From a virus: DNA of 64,000 bases. The stretch spans positions 2,366 to 66,365 of IMG/VR virus record IMGVR_UViG_3300028844_004205; one strand, written 5' to 3'. Made by a program: the position numbers and the translations under genes. Of this stretch, positions 49,341 through 58,689 are shown one piece after another (the stretch's first letter is position 1; each line of letters begins with the position of its first letter). The notes below the pieces were generated by a model. It did not search any database. It was not told the DNA's origin and worked only from the letters and a program-made list of their open reading frames with translations.

Positions 49341-49867
49341 CCTCTTGGATGGCAACTACTGCTAAAAACAAATTCGACTTCTTGGATTTAACTAGTAATA
49401 AATTCGACATGAGAGAAATAGCAAATTCTCTTTCTATGCTATGTAGATTCAATGGGCATGTACCTACGTTTTATTCAGTAGCTCAACATAGTGTACTCGT
49501 ATCAAATCTTTGTCCAAAGAGACATAAACTAACGGGGTTACTACATGATGCTATGGAAACATACATTGGAGACATAGTCTCCCCTCTTAAGCAGCAAGTA
49601 GAAATATGTGGTTTTACCGCAGAAGAATATGAACAACTACTATGGGAAAAATTCTCAGAGCAATACAATGTACCTAAAAAAATACCCGAAGTAGTAAAAT
49701 TAGCAGATATTGAAGCAACATTACAAGAAGCTGTATTTCTAGGTATGGATATAAGTGAATGGGAGTTGGGAAAACCAAATAGCAAATTTCCTATGGATAA
49801 AGCGTGGAGCTGGTATGAAGCAAAGATAGAATTTTTAACTACACTAAAAAAGGTAGCAACTTTATAA
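49337..49867 (+). CDS. HD-domain phosphohydrolase (YfdR/YfbR-like 5'-deoxynucleotidase)
   Basis: LCRFNGH..FYSVAQHS..LLHDAMETYIGDIVSPLK...VKLAD. Confidence 0.9.
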   Translation: MTSWMATTAKNKFDFLDLTSNKFDMREIANSLSMLCRFNGHVPTFYSVAQHSVLVSNLCPKRHKLTGLLHDAMETYIGDIVSPLKQQVEICGFTAEEYEQLLWEKFSEQYNVPKKIPEVVKLADIEATLQEAVFLGMDISEWELGKPNSKFPMDKAWSWYEAKIEFLTTLKKVATL

Positions 49868-50160
49868 TGCTTAATACAATAAACATAACACTAAACTACG
49901 ATATAGCAGGAAAAGAAAAAATAGATGGGAAATCCATTGAAGAAATATCACAACTCGTAGTAAAATCAAATCCTGTATTCGACTCATTACTGGAAGATGG
50001 ATGGACAATAACGATACATGGTACGTAAAATGTTACCAAAAAATTGATGGGATAACAGAATACCCATTTAAAGGTAAAATCAAATCACAATCTAGTAACT
50101 ACTGGTTTGTGCTCACCGCAGGAAGCGATGATGTTATACGCACATTAAAAGGAGCGTGCA

Positions 50161-51555
50161 GTGACCCTTTCAAGGACCGAAAGACCCCTATTCGAACACC
50201 AAAAAATAACCGTAAACGCAAGCCAAAAGACTGATAGACTATTCGATATGAGCGACCCCGGAACGGGGAAAACAAGAGCTCATTTAGAAGCTTGGTCTAT
50301 TCGTAGAAAAGAAGGAGGTAAATGCCTCTTAGTTATTGCGCCTAAATCTTTATTAGAACCCGCATGGGGCAATGATATAGAAGAGTTTACTCCAGACTTC
50401 ACTTACTCTGTAGCGTATGCTAATAACAGAGAGAAAGCGTTTGCAGCAGAAGCTGATATTTATATTACTAACACCGATGCAGTTAAATGGTTAGCTCTTA
50501 AAAAACCAGCCTTCTTTGAAAAATTTGATTCTATAGTAATAGATGAGAGTACAGCTTTTAAGCACAGAACATCTGGTAGATCTAAAGCACTTAATAAAAT
50601 AAAGAAATATTTTAAATATAGAGCTGCTTTAACCGGTACACCCAATTCTAATTCAATCACAGAAATATGGAATCAAGTATTCTTTCTAGATGATGGAAAA
50701 CGATTAAGCACTAAATTCTTTGCTTTCCGTAATCAAGTGTGCACACCTACACAAGTCGGTGCTCAAGCTCACATGATTAAATGGACAGATAGACCCGGAT
50801 CATTAGAAGCAGTAACAGGTTTAATAAAAGATATTTCAGTAAGACATAACATAGATGAATGTATGGACTTACCAGAAAATATTGATAGGTACATTAAATT
50901 TAATCTTAATCCAGCTCACTTAGTGAAATACATAAAGATGGAGAAGGATGCATTCTTGAAGTTAGAAGACGGAAATGTAGATGCAGTTAATGCAGCAGTA
51001 CTTAGAAATAAATTACTCCAAATAGCTTCTGGTGCGGTATACACAGAAGGTGGAGAATATACTTTACTAGATTCCAAACGATATGAATTAGTAACTGACT
51101 TAGCCCAAGAAAGAGAAAACACTGTAGTATTTTTCTTGTGGAGACACCAAAAAGAACAACTTATAAAAGAAGCAGATAAACGTGGTATAAGTTTCGAAGT
51201 AATCGATGGAACTGTACCAGTAAGAAGACGTAAACTAATAGTTGACGCTTTTCAAGCTGGTTTCTTTAAAGAACTTTTAATACATCCTAAAACAGGGGCT
51301 CATGGCTTAACTTTAACAAAAGGCAGAGCTACTATCTGGCCATCCCCTATATACGAACCTGAATTATTCAAACAAGGTAAACATAGAATAGTTAGAAGTG
51401 GTCAAGAAAAGAAAACAGAAAACCTTATGGTACTGGCTACTGGTACTGTAGAAAAGAATGTATACGAAACATTTTCTGGGAAAAACACAAAGATGGTCAA
51501 TTTCCTAGATTTAATAAATTACTGTCAAAATGAAAGGAGTGACGATAATGAGTGA
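50161..51555 (+). CDS. SNF2-family helicase
   Basis: DPGTGKT, APKS, VIDES, LTGTP, KLLQIASG, GAHGLTL, RIVRSGQ. Confidence 0.9.
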   Translation: MTLSRTERPLFEHQKITVNASQKTDRLFDMSDPGTGKTRAHLEAWSIRRKEGGKCLLVIAPKSLLEPAWGNDIEEFTPDFTYSVAYANNREKAFAAEADIYITNTDAVKWLALKKPAFFEKFDSIVIDESTAFKHRTSGRSKALNKIKKYFKYRAALTGTPNSNSITEIWNQVFFLDDGKRLSTKFFAFRNQVCTPTQVGAQAHMIKWTDRPGSLEAVTGLIKDISVRHNIDECMDLPENIDRYIKFNLNPAHLVKYIKMEKDAFLKLEDGNVDAVNAAVLRNKLLQIASGAVYTEGGEYTLLDSKRYELVTDLAQERENTVVFFLWRHQKEQLIKEADKRGISFEVIDGTVPVRRRKLIVDAFQAGFFKELLIHPKTGAHGLTLTKGRATIWPSPIYEPELFKQGKHRIVRSGQEKKTENLMVLATGTVEKNVYETFSGKNTKMVNFLDLINYCQNERSDDNE

Positions 51556-52909
51556 AACACAATATTTAACTATTGATAATAGTATACTAAATATACCAGA
51601 TGCAACTTTCGCGGAAGTACTAAATGATGCATCCGCAGATGAAGCATTTAAATATGATGCAACAAACGACAAAATATTAGTAAAACATTCTTGGGCTATG
51701 AATTATTTCAAATCCATGGAATGTGATGAAGATTTTAAATTAGTTAATGTTAAAGTAAACAAGACTTTATTTATGCCTTCTTCTCGAATAAACATACAAA
51801 GCTTATTCGAATCTATTTTTATTGGTAGAGAATATAATTTACATATAGGTATAGAGGAGTCTATAAATCCTATTAATGCTAATAGGTTAAAAAAAGACGA
51901 TGCTACTTTAAATATAATAATTCCTAGCGCCTTGGAAGCAAGTAATTCAAGTCAGCAATTTATGATAAAGAATTCTACTTTCTTTGTCCTAAAAGAAACT
52001 GACGCCCTTAACACTATAGGCGTCTCATACAACCCTGAAGATATGTTCAAGGAATTAATAGCTTACGCTGAGGAATCAGGTGAAGTTCGACACGATGATA
52101 AAAGTATTGCTTATTTTATATATCCTAATACATTAGTATTAAATCATTACTTCAATACTGGTGTAACACGATGTAATGATATATTTAGAGATATGTATAA
52201 AGATATATTCAACTGGACTAATCTATGTATGGCGCAACCCAAAGAATCTTTTGAGGAAGCTAGAGAAACTAAAGAACGAGAGCAAGCTGTAAAATGTATA
52301 ACCAAATACCTAGAATCAGAAATAGCTAGTAAGGGTAGCGAAATATCAGATACTGAACGTACTATTGAACAAAATAGAATTAATCTATCTTCTAATATAA
52401 GAAAATTGGAAGATCTTAAATTCTTTATCAAAGATTATTCAGAAGATATGGATACTTTAATAACACGCACTATTGATAGTGTAATGACTTTAAAAAGTAA
52501 TGCTAAAATTAGAGATGTAAAACTTAACTCTACAGGTTTTTGTGTTTACACTGACCCTTTACTTATGACTGTTCCAGCTAATCATTCGGACCAAGTAGAA
52601 GGTGATCAGCGAACCGCGACCAGAGTTGGTGGACCATACATAATAAACTTCACTTTTAATCAATCACGAATTATTATTCTTGCAGCTAATCCTGACACAG
52701 ATAACAGACAAGGTGCTTGGGGCGGTCAATGCCACCCTCATGTAAGTAATCATGGAGAAGCCTGTTGGGGAAATGCATCTGAAACAATAGCAGAAATGCA
52801 TGGTAAACGAGAGTTTGCTATGCTCACAGAATTCGTAATGGCTTACTTAGAAACATGTAATCCTGCGGACAGTGCTGGGGCACACTTCCATAAATGGCCC
52901 ATTTTTTAA
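51530..52909 (+). CDS. Coiled-coil protein with C-terminal E2 (UBC-fold) ubiquitin-conjugating-like domain
   Basis: HPHVSNHGEACWGN matches HP[NH]-x7-C spacing. Directly upstream of Ubl, JAB and E1. Likely start 51548 (AAGGAG RBS). Confidence 0.75.
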   Translation: MKGVTIMSETQYLTIDNSILNIPDATFAEVLNDASADEAFKYDATNDKILVKHSWAMNYFKSMECDEDFKLVNVKVNKTLFMPSSRINIQSLFESIFIGREYNLHIGIEESINPINANRLKKDDATLNIIIPSALEASNSSQQFMIKNSTFFVLKETDALNTIGVSYNPEDMFKELIAYAEESGEVRHDDKSIAYFIYPNTLVLNHYFNTGVTRCNDIFRDMYKDIFNWTNLCMAQPKESFEEARETKEREQAVKCITKYLESEIASKGSEISDTERTIEQNRINLSSNIRKLEDLKFFIKDYSEDMDTLITRTIDSVMTLKSNAKIRDVKLNSTGFCVYTDPLLMTVPANHSDQVEGDQRTATRVGGPYIINFTFNQSRIIILAANPDTDNRQGAWGGQCHPHVSNHGEACWGNASETIAEMHGKREFAMLTEFVMAYLETCNPADSAGAHFHKWPIF

Positions 52910-52939
52910 ATAATTAACCCTTCAAAAGGAGGACATAAT

Positions 52940-53152
52940 ATGTCTATTACAGTTAAAGTTGGTGTTGTACCCGGTTCTATTAACGAATTCGGTTTAAACG
53001 ATGGCGCTAAAGTTTCAGACGCGCTATCTGCAGCTCGTTTATCAGGTGCTGGTTATGCTATCACCGTAAATGGTGAAAAGGCTACAGCCGATACTTCATT
53101 AAGTAACTGCGACCGCATTCTGTTGACTAAATCAATTAAAGGCAACAGCTAA
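52940..53152 (+). CDS. Ubiquitin-like (beta-grasp, ThiS/MoaD-like) protein
   Basis: 70 aa: ITVKV...GAKVSDALSAA...ITVNG.....LSNCDRILL...KGNS. AGGAGG RBS. Confidence 0.85.
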   Translation: MSITVKVGVVPGSINEFGLNDGAKVSDALSAARLSGAGYAITVNGEKATADTSLSNCDRILLTKSIKGNS

Positions 53153-53173
53153 GCCAAAACAATGGCAAAATCT

Positions 53174-53205
53174 AAAGGGGCCGCTAAATAGTAGCCCCTT
53201 TTTTT
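53174..53205 (+). terminator. Intrinsic terminator between Ubl and JAB
   Basis: AAAGGGGCCGCT-AAAT-AGTAGCCCC followed by TTTTTTT, imperfect stem. Confidence 0.7.
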
Positions 53206-53218
53206 CCGGAGAAAATTT

Positions 53219-54025
53219 ATGAAAATTAAGAAACTAGGACCGGATCCATGTGTATGGCTAACGGTAGAAGCAAAAGCAAAAATTGATTACCTAGTAAAAC
53301 TAGCTTCTAAAGAAGTAGGCTGGCTGGGTAAAGTACAAGAATATACTGACATGCAATATGTTATAGAAGACATATTCTTAGTCAAACAAGAAGTAACAAG
53401 CGCAGAAACAGAACTAGATGATGAAGCACTTGGAACATTTTTCAATGAACATTTTGACGATATTGAGAAATTCCATTACTGGGGGCATAGCCATGTTAAC
53501 ATGCCGGTTAATCCTTCTGGGCAAGATGTAAAACAGATTACGGAATTCATCGTCGATAAACAAACAAAAACCATAAAAAATGAATACTTTATTATGGGTA
53601 TTCATAACAAAAGCGGACAAGTACGCTGGGATATTTATACCCCTACTATTATTTATGAAGAAGTAGAAAGTAAATTATACTATGGTGAAATGGGTTTTGA
53701 AGAAGAACTTAAAGCTCAATTTAAAGAATTAGTTTCGGAGAGAACTTATGCAACAAACACATACAACACATGGCCCAATGGCCGTAACAACAGATCCCCT
53801 CAATATCCAGCGACATCAAGAAGTGTTCACGGAAAGGATGATGCGGGGAAAAACAATCGATCTGATAGGTTGCGGGGCGACAGGGTCAAAGATAGCATTG
53901 AGTATGATGAAGCTTGGGATTCAGAAGTTGCGTATCTGGGACGGCGACATAATCGAGGAGCACAACATCCCAAATCAGGCGTTCTTGACACCGATGATTG
54001 GACAGAAGAAGGCTGGTTCAATTAA
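53219..54025 (+). CDS. JAB/MPN+ (JAMM) metallopeptidase
   Basis: EVGWLG...HSHVNMPVNPSGQD, i.e. E-xn-HxH-x7-S-x2-D. Confidence 0.9.
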   Translation: MKIKKLGPDPCVWLTVEAKAKIDYLVKLASKEVGWLGKVQEYTDMQYVIEDIFLVKQEVTSAETELDDEALGTFFNEHFDDIEKFHYWGHSHVNMPVNPSGQDVKQITEFIVDKQTKTIKNEYFIMGIHNKSGQVRWDIYTPTIIYEEVESKLYYGEMGFEEELKAQFKELVSERTYATNTYNTWPNGRNNRSPQYPATSRSVHGKDDAGKNNRSDRLRGDRVKDSIEYDEAWDSEVAYLGRRHNRGAQHPKSGVLDTDDWTEEGWFN

Positions 54026-54461
54026 AGAAATGGCTCCATGGGCCACAGATGTAGAAATACGTAACGAGCATTATACCGGACAAGAGCCTTTAGGTAATAT
54101 AGTATTCTTACTAGTAGATAGTATGGAAGTAAGAAAAGAAATTTTCGAACGAGATATCAAACTGAAACCTAACGTAGAACTCATGATAGAAACTAGAGCG
54201 GGTACTAATATAGGTATGGTATATACTATTAACCCTAGAAAGCATAGCGATATAAAACTCTGGGAAGACAAGTGGTACCCGGACAGCGAAGCAGAAGTAT
54301 CCGCTTGCGGAGCAGTATTAAGTGTAGGCCCTACGGGTGACATAATATCTGGATATGCTGTATGGGCAATGATGGCATACTTCAGAGGTAAAGAGAATAT
54401 AGCAAACAGAGAATTAATCTTCTGTACTGAAGGTGATACTCTCATAATGAATAAGCATTAA
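53748..54461 (+). CDS. ThiF/MoeB-family E1-like adenylyltransferase
   Basis: IGCGATGS, WDGDIIEEHNIPNQ, GQKK, LVDSMEVR, ETRAG, candidate catalytic Cys in SACG. GGAG 7 nt before the ATG. Confidence 0.92.
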   Translation: MQQTHTTHGPMAVTTDPLNIQRHQEVFTERMMRGKTIDLIGCGATGSKIALSMMKLGIQKLRIWDGDIIEEHNIPNQAFLTPMIGQKKAGSIKEMAPWATDVEIRNEHYTGQEPLGNIVFLLVDSMEVRKEIFERDIKLKPNVELMIETRAGTNIGMVYTINPRKHSDIKLWEDKWYPDSEAEVSACGAVLSVGPTGDIISGYAVWAMMAYFRGKENIANRELIFCTEGDTLIMNKH

Positions 54462-54476
54462 TAAAGGAGGCTATGG

Positions 54477-55043
54477 ATGGCCGAGCAATATAATTTACAA
54501 ACACTCATAGGTATTACTGGACCCGCAACCGCTGGCAAAGATACAGCAGCAGCATGTCTAGTTCATAACTTTGGGTTCAAACGTTACGCACTAGCAGATA
54601 ATCTTAAAGCAGCAGCTTGCTATATTTTTGGTGTAACAGACTTTGATATACAAAATAGAAAAGAAACTAAAGTGCCTTTCTGGGATAAATCCCCTAGGGA
54701 ATTACTTCAGCTTATGGGCACACAAGCTATGCGAGAAACATTTGGTCCTGATATATGGGTTAAATCTTTAACGAAAAATATCATAGATACTCATCCCCAG
54801 AAAGTAGTAGTAACAGACATCCGCTTTGATAACGAAGCAGAATGGATCAAAAAAACTGGGGGAGTAATATGGAAAATAGAACGTGATGCAGCTGCTAAAG
54901 TAGCCGCGCATGTTTCTGAAGATGGTATAGATGATAAATTGGTAGATGTTGTGTTCAATAATAACGATACTATCGAAGCTTTATACGAACAACTAATACG
55001 TGAGTATATGGCTAATTTAATAGAAAACCTAGCAAATAAATGA
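54477..55043 (+). CDS. Deoxynucleoside monophosphate kinase
   Basis: GITGPATAGKDTAA, ALADNLK, SPRELLQLMGT, VTDIRFDNEA, HVSE. Confidence 0.92.
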   Translation: MAEQYNLQTLIGITGPATAGKDTAAACLVHNFGFKRYALADNLKAAACYIFGVTDFDIQNRKETKVPFWDKSPRELLQLMGTQAMRETFGPDIWVKSLTKNIIDTHPQKVVVTDIRFDNEAEWIKKTGGVIWKIERDAAAKVAAHVSEDGIDDKLVDVVFNNNDTIEALYEQLIREYMANLIENLANK

Positions 55044-55154
55044 GTACCGCGAGGTATATATACCTCGTCTTCATAAGCACAGGCTTGGTATTAAAGACAA
55101 TAGTATTAGCTAGAGAGATAGTTAAACATTACAAAGAACATAAAAAGGAACAAG

Positions 55155-56975
55155 ATGAAGCTACCGAAAAAGATAGCGATACTTGATTTTGAGACTTACT
55201 TCGATAAGGACTACTCCTTAAAGAAGATGTCTACAACCAATTATATAAGAGATACTCGGTTCAAGGCGCAAGGCGTCGGAATTAGGATGAGCGATGAGAA
55301 ATGTGCTAAATGGTATTCCTCCGTAAATATTAAACAAGCGCTGGGTGACATCGATTGGTCCGAAACCGGCGTTTTGTGCCATCATTCTCACTTTGATGGC
55401 GGGATACTGAGTTACCATTTTGATATTGTTCCATGTTTCTATTTCTGTACACTTAGTATGGCTAGACCTTTACATGGCGGAACCATACGAAATGACCTAG
55501 ATAGTTTATCTCACCACTATGGAGGGGCAGGTAAAAAACCTGATATACTAGGTAAAACAAAAGGGATAAGAGATTTACCCCCCGAATTAGATAAAGAATT
55601 AGGCGAGTATTGTGAGCAAGATGTGGATGAAACCTTCCGCATATTCAAATGTATGGTTTCTAAGTATCCTAAAGAAGAGCTATTCTTAATAGATATCACT
55701 GTTAGAGCTTATGCAGACCCTGTATTTGATACAAACAAAGTAGAACTACAGCGAATACATGATGAAGAAATACAGCGCAAGAATGACCTCTTAGAGCGTC
55801 TAGGCATAGAAGATCGCACAGAGCTCAGAAGTAATGACAAACTAGCAGATAAATTCAGGTTACTTGGCATAGAACCACCTAAGAAAATAAGTCCTACAAC
55901 AGGCAAAACTACTTACGCTTTTGCTAAGACAGACATAGGATTCCAAAAACTAGCATTTGATGCTAATCAAGATGTAGTAGATCTACAAGAAGCGCGGCTC
56001 GCGGTCAAATCAGACCAAGTCGAGAGCAGAGCTCAACGGATGATAGAACACAGTGCCACCGGTCCGTTGCCTATATACTTAGCATATGGCAAAGCTCATA
56101 CTTTGAGATGGGCAGGTGGAGACAAAATGAACCCTCAGAACTTAGGCCGGGATACAGGCTTAAGGGAATGTATGGTAGCACCAGAGGGATTTGAATTAGT
56201 AATTGGTGACTCCGCTCAGATTGAAGCTCGTATGAATGCGTGGCTCGCGGGCGAAGAAGCACTAATCGAGGCCTTCAGAAATGGATATGATATATATTCA
56301 GAGTTCGCTGGAGATCAAATATATAACAGAAAGATTACTAAGAAAGAAAACCCAATAGAGAGATTTGTAGGTAAAACCTCTATACTAGGATTAGGCTTTA
56401 ATATGGGTGTTCCTAAATTTAAGAACACTCTTGAGGCTGGTACGATGGGCCCACCCGTGAAACTTGAGGAGGAGCTCTACGCGAAAGCAGTTTATGGATA
56501 CCGGAACAAGTATACAAAAATTGTGGATCAGTGGGGGACTTTTCAGAGTATGTTAGCAAAGATGTACAACTCTGATTGTCACGAGGAGTATGGGCCCATC
56601 ACTTTTTTACACGAAAGAGTTCTATTACCTAATGGTATGGAGTTAATGTATCCAAACATAGATGGGGAGTGGAATGAATATAGACAAAAAGTAGATAACT
56701 ATACTTACTCCGGAAAGAAAATATACGGCGGCTTGTTTGTAGAGAATGTAGTACAATCACTCGCTAGGTTAGTAGTTGCTTACCAAGCTTTAATGTTGGC
56801 CGATAAATATCGCATAGTGTTGTTAGTGCATGATGAAATAGTACTAATGGTGCCGACAGACCAAGTAGAACAAGCTTTAATAGATATAGAAACAGCACTT
56901 AAAACACCTTTAGATTGGTGTCCTGACTTACCTTTAGATGCTGAAGTTTGTAGAAGTAAGTATTACAAAAAATAA
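55155..56975 (+). CDS. polA: Family A DNA polymerase with 3'-5' exonuclease
   Basis: ExoI LDFET, YCEQDV, NPQNL, motif A DSAQIEAR, motif B RFVGKTSILGLGF, motif C VHDE. Confidence 0.93.
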   Translation: MKLPKKIAILDFETYFDKDYSLKKMSTTNYIRDTRFKAQGVGIRMSDEKCAKWYSSVNIKQALGDIDWSETGVLCHHSHFDGGILSYHFDIVPCFYFCTLSMARPLHGGTIRNDLDSLSHHYGGAGKKPDILGKTKGIRDLPPELDKELGEYCEQDVDETFRIFKCMVSKYPKEELFLIDITVRAYADPVFDTNKVELQRIHDEEIQRKNDLLERLGIEDRTELRSNDKLADKFRLLGIEPPKKISPTTGKTTYAFAKTDIGFQKLAFDANQDVVDLQEARLAVKSDQVESRAQRMIEHSATGPLPIYLAYGKAHTLRWAGGDKMNPQNLGRDTGLRECMVAPEGFELVIGDSAQIEARMNAWLAGEEALIEAFRNGYDIYSEFAGDQIYNRKITKKENPIERFVGKTSILGLGFNMGVPKFKNTLEAGTMGPPVKLEEELYAKAVYGYRNKYTKIVDQWGTFQSMLAKMYNSDCHEEYGPITFLHERVLLPNGMELMYPNIDGEWNEYRQKVDNYTYSGKKIYGGLFVENVVQSLARLVVAYQALMLADKYRIVLLVHDEIVLMVPTDQVEQALIDIETALKTPLDWCPDLPLDAEVCRSKYYKK

Positions 56976-57516
56976 GGAGAAAGTAGTGAAACAAAAACCA
57001 GAATTAGGACCGGGATGGATAGAAAACACAGTTGAAATCTCTGCTCCTAAAGAAGAATTAGATGCTATCCATACTATAGTATCTGGGCCTGTCCATAGAT
57101 TTTATAATAGCTACATACTAGAAAAAGACCAGCCTAAAATATATTTAAATCAAACAAGAAAAAATGCTCTATTCTCTTTTCATAGAATAAAACCTATGCC
57201 CTATGAAATACAATTAACAAGAGATATATTCACTTTTGATGGTAAAAATGATATCGAACAAGCTTGGATGGAACACCGCTATGGTGCAAACCATTGGTAT
57301 GAGTGGGCACTCGCTAACTGGGGATGTAAATGGGAAGCTAGAGATGTTCAAGTAGATATGTATGATGATTGTATAGAGTATGTGTTCTATACTTACGATA
57401 CACCCCCATATCATATAGCAGATGAATTAGATAATATATCACATATATTTGGGGGATTATTATCTTGGTCATTCAACGCAGTAGGGGATGAAGGCAATTT
57501 AGAATTCTTAGTTTAA
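56938..57516 (+). CDS. DUF1281/YubB ferredoxin-like domain protein
   Basis: WYEWALANWGCKW...FYTYDTPP. Probable GTG start near 56986. Confidence 0.7.
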   Translation: MLKFVEVSITKNKEKVVKQKPELGPGWIENTVEISAPKEELDAIHTIVSGPVHRFYNSYILEKDQPKIYLNQTRKNALFSFHRIKPMPYEIQLTRDIFTFDGKNDIEQAWMEHRYGANHWYEWALANWGCKWEARDVQVDMYDDCIEYVFYTYDTPPYHIADELDNISHIFGGLLSWSFNAVGDEGNLEFLV

Positions 57517-57548
57517 ATTTATTAACAACAGTTTAAAGGAACAAACTT

Positions 57549-57926
57549 ATGACTACAGGGACTAAAGTAGATGAATTAGAAGCTTTACGAGAACGTATCC
57601 GAGCAAAGGAGAGTGATCTTAAAGAGCTTAAAGAGATGAAGGCTTCAATGGAAATGGAGCTTTTGGACATCATGGAAACGCAGGGCATGACAAAATTGTC
57701 AGGCTCTAAAGGAACTATATCCATTTCAGAAACGGTCGTACCGACTGTAGATGATTGGGACGCCTTTTACAAATTCCTTCACAGGAGTAAAGCATATCAC
57801 ATGATGGAGCGTAGAGTTTCCTCTACCGCATACCGCGAGGAGTTGGAAACTAGACGTGGTCAGCAAATACCGGGCGTGAGTTCTTACACGAAACGGAAGC
57901 TGAATCTTAGATCAATTAATAGTTGA
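57549..57926 (+). CDS. Conserved phage replication-module hypothetical protein
   Basis: N-terminal coiled coil, PTVDDWDAFY, ERRVS, IPGV. Confidence 0.7.
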   Translation: MTTGTKVDELEALRERIRAKESDLKELKEMKASMEMELLDIMETQGMTKLSGSKGTISISETVVPTVDDWDAFYKFLHRSKAYHMMERRVSSTAYREELETRRGQQIPGVSSYTKRKLNLRSINS

Positions 57927-57954
57927 TCCGTTAACCTAGAAAGGAGATCCGTAA

Positions 57955-58689
57955 ATGGTTAAACAAGTAGATAGCAAGGATGTTGCTAACATTTCAAAAG
58001 GTATTGCCGATATCCCAGATTATATGAAATCTGATGGTGGTATGGGTAATGAAAACCTTACTAGTGATGACCTCACTATCCCACGCTTGTCATTACTTCA
58101 AGCGTTAAGTCAAGAACTAAAGAAAACTAATAGCAAATACATCGAGGACGCTGAAGCCGGACAAATAGCTAATTCTATTTCGAAAGAAGCAGTAGATGAA
58201 ATACAGCTTATTAATGTTTTCTATAGAAAAGACTTCCCTATTTTTACTAAACGTAAATTTGGTGGTGGTTTCAACGCAGTATTCTCAACTAAAGCAGAAG
58301 CTTGGGAATGGGTAAATGAGCAGCCTTCAACCGACCAAGAAAAGTATGAGGTCGTAGAAACAGCTAATCATTTTGTATTAATAGTAGAAGATGGAAGAAT
58401 AGTAAGTCAAGCTATAATGGCTATGGCTAGCACTAAGCTTAAATTTTCTCGGGAGTGGAATAGCAAACTAGCTCAACAAGGTGATACTATTCCGCGCTTC
58501 GCTACAATATGGACAGTCTCTGGTAACTTAGAGGCAAACAAAAAGGGTGATGAGTATTACAACTATACTATCAAACAGAACCCGGAGTTCGCTAGCGAAG
58601 AAACATATGCAGAAGCTAGAAAGGCCTATGAAACGGTCTCTATAATGTCTGCAGAGCAAACAGCTCGAAGTGATAAACAAGCTGCATAA
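57955..58689 (+). CDS. Putative ssDNA-binding / recombination protein
   Basis: GNENLTSDDLTIPRLSLLQALS, KFSREWN, NKKGDEYY. Strong RBS. Confidence 0.55.
   Translation: MVKQVDSKDVANISKGIADIPDYMKSDGGMGNENLTSDDLTIPRLSLLQALSQELKKTNSKYIEDAEAGQIANSISKEAVDEIQLINVFYRKDFPIFTKRKFGGGFNAVFSTKAEAWEWVNEQPSTDQEKYEVVETANHFVLIVEDGRIVSQAIMAMASTKLKFSREWNSKLAQQGDTIPRFATIWTVSGNLEANKKGDEYYNYTIKQNPEFASEETYAEARKAYETVSIMSAEQTARSDKQAA

Noticed and set aside
53748-54461. ThiF plus ThiS-like pair as a thiamine/molybdopterin auxiliary metabolic module
   Set aside because: No thiG, moaE or desulfurase. The Ubl lacks a terminal GG, the E1 lacks the CxxC zinc pairs, and E2 and JAB genes flank them.
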